Of a stretch of DNA of 64,000 nucleotides, positions 1-14,321 are shown piece by piece. Each line of letters starts with the position of its first letter. The stretch's first letter is position 1. Both the position numbers and the translations under genes were made by a program. A model generated the notes under the pieces. It ran no database searches. It was given only the letters and a program-made list of their open reading frames with translations, and was not told the DNA's origin. Source of the DNA: Octopus sinensis (Eukaryota); the NCBI RefSeq assembly GCF_006345805.1, contig NC_043013.1, positions 11,284,001 to 11,348,000 of the forward strand. The letters run 5' to 3'.

Positions 1-253
1 CCCTTGCAAACATAAGGACACAGGAAATGTGTCCAAGCCGACAGGAAGCGCTGCTGCTTCCTAGTGTTAAATAGCAGAAGCATGATTCCCTTCATAGGAC
101 TGTCACATTAAGTTGACAGTATACAACCATTTTAAAAATCATCTCTGACTAATCGTGAAGAGGACGTTGGCGTTGCCTTGGCGGAGGTTTGCGCTCTCTA
201 AGTACTCTTGTTTGTTGTTGTTGTTGTTGTTGTTGTTGATGATGATGATGATG

Positions 254-707
254 AAGCTGTTATTTTATTTTATTTAACTAATGCCCTGTTGGAACTCCTG
301 ATGTCTTGCATGCGTAGCGGTCTTCTAACTGCAGTTTACTGTACCACACTCTCTGTTCTTTTCCGCTATCTAATAATTTCTTGATGATTCTAGCAAAGAG
401 GCAAAACTTTTAAAACAGAGCGACTGGAAATCTATGCCAATCTCTTTTTTGTCTGCCATGATTTTTGTCTGAAGTCTTTCAATATAATGTCTGGCTTATT
501 TGCATCTATCTTTCAGTCAGTTTCAATGGTGAAGTTCCAGAGGAGTGAGATGTGATTATTTTCAAGCATTAGAAGTGGTTTGTGTTCCCACCAGTTTTTA
601 TCATGGGACGGGTCCAGGTTCTTGCATATAACCCAGTGAATATATTGTGCTGCTCTATCACGCCTGTTGAGATACTCTGTAGGCGCATGACAGCACATGG
701 AGACTGC
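254..707 (-). mobile_element. R4/Dong-type non-LTR retrotransposon, 3' fragment (RLE endonuclease region), decayed
   Basis: Minus-strand translation EYLNRRDRAAQYIHWVICK...WWEHKP...ISLLWNFTIETD, then KIDANKPDII, matches the RHD / HW / LW(D/N)F.I.TD / PDI motifs of R4-clade restriction-like endonucleases. The 5' side abuts an (AAT)n tract and the 3' side abuts (CAT/CAA)n. Confidence 0.85.
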
Positions 708-740
708 TATTATTGTTATCATTATTATTATTATTATTAA

Positions 741-837
<97 letters not shown>

Positions 838-879
838 GTTACTATTACTATTATTATTATTATTATTATCATTATTATT

Positions 880-926
<47 letters not shown>

Positions 927-927
927 C
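708..927. repeat. (ATT)n microsatellite, about 220 bp
   Basis: Near-perfect att repeats; source of the poly-I/L/N ORFs. Confidence 0.97.
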
Positions 928-1967
928 ATTGTAAAGAACCCAAGCAAACGTTAATGCATGCAAGCCTCTTCTCTGTACTCGTCACTAATGTCATGTTACG
1001 AGATTGAAAAGGCCCACAGGAGCTTCGCAACTGAGTCATTGCAGGAGAACTGAAAACTTAAATATTCGGAACGTATACCATAGGATAATATCATACGGTG
1101 CTCCTACAATTACACAAATCCACCACCATCTTCAAAAGTTAATTTATTTACCGATCTCTGCAAAATTTATCGGTAAACTGAAGGGTGAGTATGTTGTCGA
1201 AGCGCCATGCACTCCGAGGAAAGACACCCGTATGAAACGCTCTATTTCATCCCAATTATTCACCTCGTTTAGTTTTCAATTTTTAGCTCGATTCATGTCG
1301 ATGCAGGCCATCACAAAATTACCAATATTAGTGCCTAAGTTTGCTTCATTGTCTTACAGACCAAAAATTCTAGTCTTTGTATTGATTACAGAACAACTGT
1401 TCTGAAGTGAATATGGTTTAATCACTTATCGATTAGGGCTATCATTGGCAAATCACTGATTAGACAAACTTAAGTAATTGGCACCGTTTATCACTTATGA
1501 ATGGGATAGAGAAATTAATAGCGTTTTCTTTGGACGAAACGAAAAAGTGATTAAATGTTTAAATGTCTGAGACGAGAGACTTCTCCGCACTATTAATTTC
1601 ATCTTTACAGTGAAGTTCTGAAATTCGTTTTGCAGCGAATGGTTTTGAGTTCAATCTTTGAGACGGCTCTTTGGAAAAACTTTTTTTTGCCACTGCCTGG
1701 AAGCGATAGAAATGTAAAAGAGTAAAAGTGTATTCGAAAGCCTACTGGAAGGAATGGTTTGAGGTACAGGACTTGAAATAACGCCTGATTTATTATCTAC
1801 ATATAGGTACTAGTTGTTTCAAGATGAGTACTCTCAATTGCAATTATTCTGGTCAGGCGATCACCCAGTGGATAAGGCTTCGATTCTTCGACCATGTCAT
1901 GGTATTTCTCTAAAATACGGTAGGAGCAACCTTTTAAACTTACTCCAATACATATGTGTGTAGCTGT

Positions 1968-2007
<40 letters not shown>

Positions 2008-2051
2008 ACGTATGTACGTATATCTGGAAGATGTTGCTTGCCTGAAATTCA

Positions 2052-2095
<44 letters not shown>

Positions 2096-5000
2096 CCTTT
2101 CCTTATTAGCCACAAGGGCAAATTGATACTAATACTTTGAATAAAATCGTTAAAATATTTGAGTAAGAACTCTGATGGAAACCACGGCGAGAATTAGATT
2201 GTTAATATGTACCAGATGAAGAGAGATATAGATAGAAAAGAGTGAGACGCTGTGGCAGTCATGCATTTTAAAATAGCAATTAGAGTATTGTATGACAATA
2301 GCTAAACGACGGAGTGATGAGACGAATTGTGTCTTAAACGAATACCTTACATATATCCACGAAACAAGGTCAGTTTCTTTACTTAATACACAAACATGAA
2401 AGAAAAAAAACCCACTCACACAAGAAGAAAACCACACACACACACATACACACTTATATATATGTGCAGACGGCTTTTCTCAGAACTTACTCTAACCACT
2501 CATTTGAGAAAATAAATTTTCTTGTGATTAAAGATGTAAAAGAACAAAGCGTTCAACCTCTAACAAAGCCGCTTTGCAAACCGAACAAAGCAAATACATT
2601 TACCATTCTAGAAGCTAGAGATTAAAATGAAGAATCTTTCAAAAACCAAAAAAAAAAGACAAAAATTGTTAAATATATTGGTTCGGTCGTATACACAGGA
2701 TAAAAAAATACGAGACAACTTTAAACGAAAACAAAATCAATAAAGGTTGTTAACGGTGAAAATATAGAGGCTTAATGTTTACCTAACATCGGAGTACAGT
2801 TTAGTTCAATGAGGAAGATCGGTGCATCGAACGAAAAAAATATCGTTTTATGCAATTTGATTCTATCTCGTTTACATCCCTTTACACGTACGTCGATTCT
2901 TCCCTTTCCGGCCTGAACTGAAAGGCAACGGGGTTTTGCATCTCTGGTCAGTGACTGAAGTGACCTCTGCAGAGCACAAACCTAGCATAGTAATATGAAG
3001 ATACAAGGTTGTCCAGATGTTAGAATCTTTCGCATTTACTCCTCGGTGATGGGATTTAATTAAATGCAGGGTATTTCGTTCGGCACTGGACTAGCTGCAA
3101 TAGTTTGCGACAATACTTTTGAGTCGATTACCTAACTGCTCAAAGAGTTCCAGTGCGGATTTAAAGCTTTTTCAGTTGTTTGGTCCGTCATTGAATAATA
3201 AAACTATGTAACGATAGCTAAAGATCCTTAATCCAGGTTCTGTACCAGAACCACGACGCAGGAAGTTTTCTAAACCACTAAAGTTATGAGAGTCAGTATC
3301 TAATAATCATTTTGCGATAAGGAGATCATCGATAAAGTAAGTATGAAAGAATTTGGGTGGGTGGGGGTGAGATGATATATTCAGCTAAAACCCTATGAAA
3401 ATGATACTCTAGGAAGGTCTAATTCCAGTAATTGAAATCAGTAAAAGAAAAAGAAAATGTCACTGCCTTTTGTCTTCATTGTTAAAACATAAGATCGTTT
3501 GTGTCAAGAAATATATATTCAGATTATCTTCCTGTGCTGCATATTTCGCTCGCACTCACCCTCTTCCTCCTTTCTCTCATTCCTTCACTCTCTCCCTCCT
3601 ATTTTCTCGGTATCTTTCTATTATACACACACACAATCCGCATTGCACACATTCACTCCCCACACCACTCAGTCATCCAATCCTACCACTCACAACCCCA
3701 CACTTATGACTGAATAACCCCGCTCTACCACCCTAGTTCTTCTTGAGATGAAATTGATACAAACGCCAGCAGATCACACTTCATCATGAACAGAGCATTC
3801 ACATGAGATGTGAACCAGTGAGAGAGCTTCTGCGTTACACAGCTTCTGTTTAGCAGCACAATATGCCATTAAACCTACTTTGAAAACAAGGCTTTTGATT
3901 TCAAATTAGAAATGGGATGCTACAAGACATCTATGGGTACAGATGTGACGAAAAACGATGGAATAGTCGCGGTTGGACTACCTTCTATTACGTACCTACT
4001 TTAATCCAATCAGACTTCGTTGCCCCATCCCTCCAAATACTCAAAACGAAAAATGCAACACCAACACCACATTCAGCTGTCCACAACATCGTTAATGTCT
4101 GAGAACATCTGTATAAGATTGACCAATTTTTGCAGAAAATTCACTCACGTACCACATTAATACATTTTTGTTACCGTTGGTCTTGTATCTGCTTATCCCA
4201 AGTGTGGCCCTTACTGCCCAGATCTATGAAAACAACTTCAGCCATTCCATCATTGTCATTTATTTGATTTGGGGGAAATAAGCACTTTTAACCCTAACCA
4301 AATTATTTTCCATAAGTTTGTCCTAAACATTCATGCTTTTTACAGACTTTTGGGTAGGCCTTTTTCAATAAGTCCTAAATGATATAAAGCTTTTTTCATA
4401 GTCCCAAGTTATTCTTGTAGGTGGAAAAAACTGGGAATGTGTATCATATATGAAGCATAGACGCTAAGGAAACACATCTTCTGTATCACATGTGATACTC
4501 GAGACAGACATTGACCATTTTAAGACGATTGTGCATGATTTTAAACGAATTTAGCAAGGACAACCAGCATATGGAATAGCGTTTCTTTCTTACGTTTGAC
4601 ACACCAACTCGACGACATATTCACAAACACCGGGGACTGTCTTAACTGAAAAAGTATTTTCGTTTTGTTAGCTATAGGCTTGGACCCTCTTGAGAAGAAT
4701 TCAAATAAAATCATGCATACACACGTTTGTACGACCATATTCACACATACAACCATGCATGTATACGTAAACAATATATACACATAAGTTATGAAAGGGA
4801 GAGAGAAAATGGAAGAGGGAGAGAGAGAGAGAGAAAGAGGGAGGAACTTCTGAATGAGATGCAGTGTTAAATTCATTAGGTAACCTTCGTTTCACGAGCC
4901 TCAGAAACGAAGCTCTTATTATTGAGTCAAACCAGTTCTAGTTCTATGTATGTATGTATGTATGTATGTATGTATGTATGTATGCATGTATATATGTATG

Positions 5001-5183
5001 TATGTATCTATCTATCTATCTGTCTATCTATCTGGTAATTGACACACGCTGAGGACAGGTAACCACCCAGAAACTCGAGTCCGTGTGTATTACGTAAGGT
5101 TAGGGATGGGAGCGATGACCTGCCCTCGCAAATACTAATCGGACACAGAATGCGTGTAGTTTGCCAGCTGAAAGAGATGTTTT

Positions 5184-5218
<35 letters not shown>

Positions 5219-5246
5219 AAGGAGAGAGAGGGAGAGAGAGAGAGAC

Positions 5247-5402
5247 AACGGGCTTCTTTCAGTTTTCCTATACCAATTCCACTTAGAAGACTTTGGTCGG
5301 ACTGATGCTGTAGTTGAAGGCATTAGCACAAGGTGCCACGCAGTCGGACTAACCTGGAGCCATGTGGCTGGGAGGCAAGTTTTCATTACACACCCACGCC
5401 CT
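5247..5402 (-). mobile_element. tRNA-derived SINE, family A (ggcgtggctgtgtggtaag...gaaagaagcccgtcg), diverged
   Basis: The reverse complement aligns with the copies at 6735, 26585 and 45979. Confidence 0.8.
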
Positions 5403-5422
5403 ATTTATACATATATATATAT

Positions 5423-5456
<34 letters not shown>

Positions 5457-5470
5457 AAATATATATATAT

Positions 5471-5620
5471 ATAAAATACAAAATGAAACAAGAACGCAAA
5501 ACATTCAAATAGACGACACAAAAAACGGACGGGTCATTCGAAGCCTTTAATCTTCAGTCAAGAACCGGATCATCCTCGCAATTTCGGCTGTGCGTTCCTG
5601 TCCCATTTTGTATTTTTTAT
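5471..5620. mobile_element. 150-bp fold-back/MITE-like element in a TA tract
   Basis: ataaaatacaaaatgaaacaagaacgca (5471-5498) is an imperfect inverted repeat of tgcgttcctgtcccattttgtattttttat (5591-5620). Confidence 0.6.
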
Positions 5621-5675
5621 ATGTATTTTTTATACATAAATTATTGCGGCGTAACGTACACCTTGTTCTCTTATA

Positions 5676-5710
<35 letters not shown>

Positions 5711-6396
5711 ACTTGGTTTAACACCACCAATTTGTACATTGGTGCCATTATTGAAAGCCACTGTATTGTAAATATTTAAATCGTGCTTAGATGTTTTGTA
5801 CGAAGGTCATTGATGCTGTTCTACGTCTTCTAAACTGAGCTATAAAAGTAAATATAGGTACTTAGATGCAAATCCACAAAACACAAATAAAAAAAATCAA
5901 ACTTAACTGCGTATATACAGATGTGCTTTAACTTATGATATTTATAGGTATTAGATTCATGAAATAAACTGTTTACACGCTTTAGGTTATTTTCGATATA
6001 TTCACGCACGCATGCGCACGCACACATATATATATACACACGTGTTCATGTATGCAGACATACTGACGCATGTGCCTACAGGTTACAAACTAAACACGAG
6101 CTTTATATAGGCGATGTAAAACCATTTTCTGATTCACCTTCGCTCATTATCACACACATACAAACATTTTCACCTTCACTTTGTCACTCATTTTTTCGTT
6201 CATTTTTCCATGAATCAAACTTTTCATTTTCATAGGCATATCTCTCTCTCTCTCCTTCTTTCTTTGATTCTCTCTCTCTCTCTCTCTCTCTCTTTTCTCT
6301 TTTTGTAATGTTAAATACCTCAGTTATTCCTCTTCTCTCTCTTCACATACATATATACATACATACATGCATATATATATATATGTGTGTGTGTGT

Positions 6397-6678
6397 GGAG
6401 GCGTAATGGCCCAGTGGTTAGAGCAGCGAACTCGCGGTTGTAGGATCGCGGTTTCGATACCCAGACCGGGTGTTGTGAGTGTTTATTGAGCAAAAACACC
6501 CAAAGCTCCACGAGGCTCCGGCAGGGGGTAGTAGCGACCACTGCTATACTCTTTCGCCACAACTTTCTCTCACTCTTTCTTCTGTTGGCCTGCTCGCTTA
6601 CCCAGCAGGGTGGCGTCTTTGGAAGGCTAAAAAAAAATGCGAAGCGCATTGTGATCAGCGATGAGGAGCAACATCTGG
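6397..6678 (+). mobile_element. tRNA-derived SINE, family C
   Basis: Head ggaggcgtaatggcccagtggttagagc...ggtttcgatacc has A-box- and B-box-like segments. The body matches the inverted copy at 15345-15650. Confidence 0.85.
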
Positions 6679-6692
6679 TGGTGGTGGTAGTG

Positions 6693-6734
<42 letters not shown>

Positions 6735-6736
<2 letters not shown>

Positions 6737-6890
6737 CGTGGCTGTGTAGTAAGAAGCTTGCTTACCAACCACATAGTTGCGGGTTCAGTCCCACTGCGTG
6801 GCACCTGGAGCAAGTGTCTTCTAATATAGCCTCGGCCCGACCAAAGCCTTGTGAGTGGATTTCGTAAACAGAAACTGAAAGAAGCCCGTC

Positions 6891-6891
<1 letters not shown>
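6735..6891 (+). mobile_element. tRNA-derived SINE, family A, 5' half embedded in (TA)n
   Basis: ggcgtggctgtgtagtaagaagc...gggttcagtcccactgcgtggcacc...gaaagaagcccgtcg; (TA)n on both sides. Confidence 0.88.
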
Positions 6892-6933
<42 letters not shown>

Positions 6934-7660
6934 CAGTGTATCACTTGGTAGCGTTTTATCTGCAACTTTCTCTCAAACACTACTATCTCTCTATTTTTCT
7001 GTCTCTCTCTCTTTCTCTCTGTCTGTCTATCTGCCTGTCTGTCTCTCTCTCTATCTCTATCTCTCTCTCACTCTCTCTCTCTCTCTCTCTCTGAAGCTTT
7101 ACATTTTAGTCAATCTCTCCAAAAGTGATTTTTTCCTACCCCCTCCATCACTATCTTCCTCTTTCTCTATCATCTCTGTATCTGTCATTATTACCTTTTA
7201 TACTTCACTACTTCCCTTTTCCAGTCTCTCCCTATCTGAATCCTTTCAGTTCCTTCCCTCTCACTAATCCTCTCCAATTTCTCTCCCTCTTCTTTTTCGT
7301 TTGTCACTCACTGTCTCACTTTATATTCAATCTCTATTTTTCCTTTTAAATCTTCTCTTCACAGTCTCGTCTCACCCTCTCTATATCATTCAATCTCATA
7401 CTCTCGTTTCCCACTCTCTCGCTCTCACTATCTTTATATGTCTCACATTATACCATTTCCCTACCACATACAGTCCCTTCTCCTCCTCCTCCTCCTCCTC
7501 CCCCTCTCTTTCTTCCTCCTACCTACTCCTCTTTCTCTTATCACTCTTTCATCCGCTGTTTTCCTTACCATCTTACCCACCAACAACTTTACCGAGGGAG
7601 CCTTACTTTTTAGAGACTTCAACGAAGAAAGCACACACATACACATATACACACAGCGTT

Positions 7661-7696
<36 letters not shown>

Positions 7697-7892
7697 CCAT
7701 ATTATAACTTGAGCATAAATACCCATACACATAAATTCATTTACACATACACAATATAATATTTTAGTATAAATACCCACTGTCTCTCACTCTCCCTTAC
7801 TCACACACATATACACATACATACATACATACATTTTACCCGTTTAGCGTAAAATACTTATACGCAAACACACTCTCACACACGCTCACACA

Positions 7893-7950
<58 letters not shown>

Positions 7951-8164
7951 TAGCAGGCCCTTTAGCATAAATACCCATTGGTTTGCTACAGTGTTTAACG
8001 AAGCGGACGGCGCTAATTCAATTCAACGAAAGGATCATTAATTTTAACTTTGCTTATAGCTTTTGTCACAAATATCTAGCGTTATTAATATGGCTTATCA
8101 CAGGACTAACGCTCTTCTCACCCGTTCCTTCTCCCTCTTTGTTTTTCTCTTCTTTATATTTTTC

Positions 8165-8518
8165 TCATTGCTGCCACTGCTGCTGCTACTGCAACTTCTT
8201 CTGTCGTTGTTGTCACTGTTTTTGTTGTTGTTGTTGTTAGTATTGTTGTTCTTCTTGTTATTCGTGTTCTTTTCCTTATTTTTTTTGTGTTTTGTTGTTG
8301 ATCTTCTTTACCCTCCTTCTTGTTATTGTGAAGTTGTTTTTGTAGTTAGATTTGGCCCTTCTGTTGTTGTTGTTGTTGTCGTTGTCGTTGTTGTTGTTGG
8401 TTTTGGCTGATGTAGTTTTCCTTTTCTTTTCTGATGCTCTTATTGTTAGTTTCCAAGTGTGAAATGTTGGTTTAGTAGCAGTTGCTCTTTTTATCACCCT
8501 CGTAGTAGTAGTAGTAGT

Positions 8519-8585
<67 letters not shown>

Positions 8586-9079
8586 TTTGTTGTTGATTTT
8601 TAGTTATTGTTGTTGACAGTTTTTGCCGTTGATGTTCCTTCTAAGTTTTCAAAAGCTGTTGTTAGTATTCTTGTTGTTGTTGCTGTTGTTGTTGCTGTTG
8701 TTGTTGTTGAGGATCCTCTAGTACTTTTTTTTTGTTTTTTTTAGTTTGTTGTTGTAGTTATTGCTCTTGTTGCCTTTCAAGATTGCCCTTGGTGCTGTTG
8801 ATTGTAAACGATATCAATGATGCTGTCGATGTTGTTGATCTTGTTGATGGTGATGATGTTGATGATAATGACAGTCACGATGCTGCTGCTGCTGCTGCTG
8901 CTAGTGCTGCTGATAATGATAGTGAGGATGACCATCATGAGGATGGAGAAGAAGACGACGATATTGATGATAACGATGATGATTAGGATATTGATGATGA
9001 TTGTGGTGATTATGATGAAGATGATGGTGATGAGTATAATGAGGATAACGTTGATGATGATGATGATTGTGACGATGAC

Positions 9080-9110
<31 letters not shown>

Positions 9111-9356
9111 GTGACGATGACGATGATGATGATGATGTTGATGATGATGGTGATGTTGATGATGATGACGAGGAGGAGGAGGCAGAGGAGGGGGATGTTG
9201 ATGATGACGATAATGATGATGATGATGATGTGACGATGACGATGATGATAATGGTACCGATGATGATGGTGATGTTCATGATGATGATGAGGAGGAGGAG
9301 GAGGGGGAAGAGGTGGAGGGCGATATTGATGATGACGATAATGATGATGATGATGG

Positions 9357-9389
<33 letters not shown>

Positions 9390-9835
9390 CGACAATGACG
9401 ATGATGATGATGATGATGATGAAGATTATGATGGTGGAGCTGCTACTGATGGATATGCAGATATTGCTATCATTTTTATATTTTTTATTTCCTTACTGTT
9501 CTTATTGGCTTCTGGGGGAGGGGCGAGATGATTTCTGAGGGTAACGATGGCGGCGATGGTGATGATGATGATGATGATGATGGTGGTGCTGTTGGTGCTG
9601 GTGATTTATATATTTATGCAATGGTGGTTGATGTTGTTCTTGTAGCTGATAGCCATATTGATCTTGAGGTTGCGGCTATTTTTATTGTTGTTGTATCCTC
9701 TTCTTCCTCCGCCTCCCCTCTTCCACCATTTCTCTTCCGCCTCCTCCTCTTCTTCTTCATTATTATTATTACTATTATTACTATCATTATTATTCCTCTT
9801 ATTATTATTATTTGTATTAATTCTTATCATTATAA

Positions 9836-9901
<66 letters not shown>

Positions 9902-10000
9902 CATTCCTGTTCTTCTTCTCCCTCTTCCACTTCTTAGTTGCCTTCATCGTCTTCTTTATCGTCTCCTCCTGGCGCTTTCTCTTGTTACACTTACATAATT
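8165..10000. repeat. Composite trinucleotide microsatellite field (GTT, TAG, CAG, GAT/GAC, GAG, ATT)
   Basis: Successive tracts are visible directly in the sequence and give homopolymeric ORFs. Confidence 0.95.
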
Positions 10001-10303
10001 GTTATTGATATTTTTGTTGTTTTTACATAAACTTCACGAAAAAATTAAACAACAGTGCAAAATAATTTCTTATTTTAATTTCCTTTATGTGTAAAAGATA
10101 TATATATATATATACACACATACATATATATATATATATTTATATATATACATACATATATATATCTATATAGGTATGTATCTATGCATGCATGGTCATG
10201 TATATATATATATATGTATTTATATATACACACATATGTATATATATATACACACCAAGCATATCACACAGGTATTTGTATTTTACGCATAAATGTGTAG
10301 GTT

Positions 10304-10342
<39 letters not shown>

Positions 10343-10453
10343 GTATAGATCTATAGAGATATAGATAGATAATGTGTACATGTATATAAATATATGCATA
10401 ATATATATACCTATATATAAATACTCACACACACACCACACCATATATTATAC

Positions 10454-10525
<72 letters not shown>

Positions 10526-10907
10526 GTATATATATGCATGTTATGCTAGAGATATTTAACAGGACCCAAAAACATCTATGCACATACTTATATCAGTTAA
10601 AAATTGATTCAAAAGAAATATAACGACGCATAAACAACAACATGATAAAAGTTGTGATGGTGCAGAAAAAAAAAAAGAAAGTAAGGCGAAAAACGAAATA
10701 ATAGATGAAGTAAGCAAGAAGAAAAATTAGACAACAACAGTGAAAACAACACACAAGAATTAAAACAAGTAGATGACGATGAAGAAAATGATGGTAAAAT
10801 ATGATGGCCCAAAAATTCTTTCCGAGATCATAAATTTATAAAACAAATCATGTAAATATATGTATGTATACCTACATAAATATAAGCATATACGCACAAA
10901 CATACAT

Positions 10908-10968
<61 letters not shown>

Positions 10969-11140
10969 ATATTTTATATATATGTTGTGTGTGTATGTGC
11001 ATGTATGCTTATATATATATGTGGTGGTGTGTATATAAGACGGGATAATGATATATATGTAAGTCAACATATATGTACATCTGTAATATATACGTACATC
11101 TGTAAATACATATGTATGTATATTTCCCTATATATATGTA

Positions 11141-11210
<70 letters not shown>

Positions 11211-11374
11211 TACTATATACATAAATACATACATACATATACATACATACATACATACATCTATATAGTATATACAGAGGGATGGAAAGAGAGAGCGAGT
11301 GAATAATTTGGCCTGATAAATATTATATATGTGAGAGTTTATAAATATAAGCACGTATATATATATATATATAT

Positions 11375-11895
11375 GTGTTTGTATGTATACATGTATGTAT
11401 CTATCTAAGTTTTGTATATACATTTATGTGTGTGTGTTGTATATGAGTGCGTATGTATAAACTTAATATACATTTTAAAACTTAAGCGTGAAAAAAAATG
11501 GCAGATTTTTAAAATTTTCAACCAAATAGCTCAATATACAGCTGATTAGATTTGCCAAGCGAATCCTACGAGGACACAAGATTGAACAAAGTGTGAGGAA
11601 GGAGTTAAAGGTTTCTTCATGGCTCACTTAAGTCAAATGTTGAATGTACATACCTACCAACCGACCGACCGCCCTAACAACCTAGCTTCACATCTACGTA
11701 CGTACAGACCTACGTACCTACGTATACGAAACTACCTTACGTACATAGAAACATACACACATAGATATACCGGTCTTCGTACCTATATACGTACTTGTAT
11801 ACCTTCAAAAATGTATAAATAGACATAAATAAATATGAACGTAAGTTACATACACACATGCATATATAAATATATATTCATATCTATATGAAAGC

Positions 11896-11935
<40 letters not shown>

Positions 11936-12601
11936 TTTGAAATATCTTTTAAAAAGGCTGTCAGCAATTTCATTGCAGTTCTATTGTGTTCATTTAAAAG
12001 TTTAATGTCTGCTCTTTATTTTAAAACATTTATGATCACGTGATGTCAATGTTACTGTTGTTTTTACTTTTATTGTTTTTGTTTGTTGTTAGGTTGTGAT
12101 TTTGGTTTCTTATTTCGAAGTAACAAAAAGAAAACATTTGGTTAAAAAAGAAAATCATGAATGTATATGTATTTATATGTATGTATACGCACACAGATAC
12201 GCACGCACACATACACACACACACACACACACACAACCACACACACAACACACACACACACACACACACACACCACACACACACACACACAGAAGTATAT
12301 ATATCATTTATACTCATTGAGCACAAATGACATTGTAAAAAACCGACTCACAAACATTTTCTACGTATGTGTGTATATCTATCTACCTATATATATATAG
12401 AGAGAGAGAGTCAAAGAGAGAGATAGAGATAGAGACAGAGAGAGATATAGAGAGACAGAGAGACAGAGAGAGATGTGTATATATATATAAATATATTTAT
12501 AGATATATATTCATATATATCACGTGTATGTATACGTTACATATATATACGTATTATCTTAATCAATATGTATTTATACACATACATACTTCAATGTTGC
12601 A

Positions 12602-12634
<33 letters not shown>

Positions 12635-13368
12635 TTAATACTACTACTACTACCATTGCTACTACTGCTGCTGCTTACATTTATACACACATAAGTTCAT
12701 ATAAGTAATACATTCTGAAATTTTTTCTTTTTAAAATTTCTCTTTCACAACCTTTGAATGTTCCTATGTATGTATATATGTGTGTATTGTTATGTATATA
12801 CATATATATATTAGATATATATATATATATTATATATATATATATATATGTGTTTGTATGTATACATGTATGTATCTATCTAAGTTTTGTATATACATTT
12901 ATGTGTGTGTGTTGTATATGAGTGCGTATGTATAACTTAATATACATTTTAAAACTTAAGCGTGAAAAAAAATGGCAGATTTTTAAAATTTTCAACCAAA
13001 TAGCTCAATATACAGCTGATTAGATTTGCCAAGCGAATCCTACGAGGACACAAGATTGAACAAAGTGTGAGGAAGGAGTTAAAGGTTTCTTCATGGCTCA
13101 CTTAAGTCAAATGTTGAATGTACATACCTACCAACCGACCGACCGCCCTAACAACCTAGCTTCACATCTACGTACGTACAGACCTACGTACCTACGTATA
13201 CGAAACTACCTTACGTACATAGAAACATACACACATAGATATACGGTCTTCGTACCTATATACGTACTTGTATACCTTCAAAAATGTATAAATAGACATA
13301 AATAAATATGAACGTAAGTTACATACACACATGCATATATAAATATATATTCATATCTATATGAAAGC

Positions 13369-13408
<40 letters not shown>

Positions 13409-13677
13409 TTTGAAATATCTTTTAAAAAGGCTGTCAGCAATTTCATTGCAGTTCTATTGTGTTCATTTAAAAGTTTAATGTCTGCTCTTTATTTTAAAAC
13501 ATTTATGATCACGTGATTTCAATGTTACTGTTGTTTTTACTTTTATTGTTTTTGTTTGTTGTTAGGTTGTGATTTTGTGTTTCTTATTTCGAAAGTAACA
13601 AAAGAAAACATTTGGTTAAAAAAGAAAATCATGAATGTATATGTATTTATATGTATGTATACGCACACACGCATACG

Positions 13678-13764
<87 letters not shown>

Positions 13765-14066
13765 GTATATATATTCATTTATACTCATTGAGACAAATGA
13801 CATTGTAAAAAACCGACTCACAAACATTTTCTACGTATGTGTGTATATCTATCTACCTATATATATATAGAGAGAGAGAGTCAAAGAGAGAGATAGAGAT
13901 AGAGACAGAGAGTATAGAGAGACAGAGAGACAGAGAAGATGTGTATATATATATAGATATAAATTATAGATATATATTCATATATTCACGTGTATGTATA
14001 ACTTACATATATTACGTATTATCTTAATCAATATGTATTTATACACATACATACTTCAATGTTTCA

Positions 14067-14099
<33 letters not shown>

Positions 14100-14257
14100 T
14101 TAATACTACTACTACTACCATTGCTACTACTGCTGCTGCTTACATTTATACACACATAAGTTCATATAAGTAATACATTTCTGAAATTTTTTCTTTTTAA
14201 AATTTCTCTTTCACAACCTTTGAATGTTCCTATGTATGTATATATGTGTGTATTTGT

Positions 14258-14275
<18 letters not shown>
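11375..14275 (+). repeat. Direct tandem duplication of about 1.45 kb (11375-12810 and 12850-14275)
   Basis: Both copies start gtgtttgtatgtatacatgtatgtatctatctaag and carry the same unique blocks. The ORF MAHLSQMLNV... occurs at both 11619 and 13093. Offset is about 1475 bp and the junctions lie in (TA)n. Confidence 0.95.

Positions 14276-14321
<46 letters not shown>

Noticed and set aside
1004-1405. 133-aa ORF MKRPTGASQ...
   Set aside because: It starts at TTG, has no recognisable domain, and the internal gtgagt donor has no credible acceptor.
4200-4430. LINE RT remnant (minus strand, EVVFIDL-like)
   Set aside because: Only one partial motif is present; too decayed to support a call.
5530-5565. 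Hammerhead at CTGAAGA...GAAT (minus strand)
   Set aside because: No stem II and A15.1 is missing; kept only as a note under the fold-back element.
6397-6470. tRNA genes at SINE heads (also 15580-15650, 21296-21365, 41235-41302 and 45979-46050)
   Set aside because: A- and B-box-like segments are present, but I could not fold a full cloverleaf and each runs into a shared SINE body.
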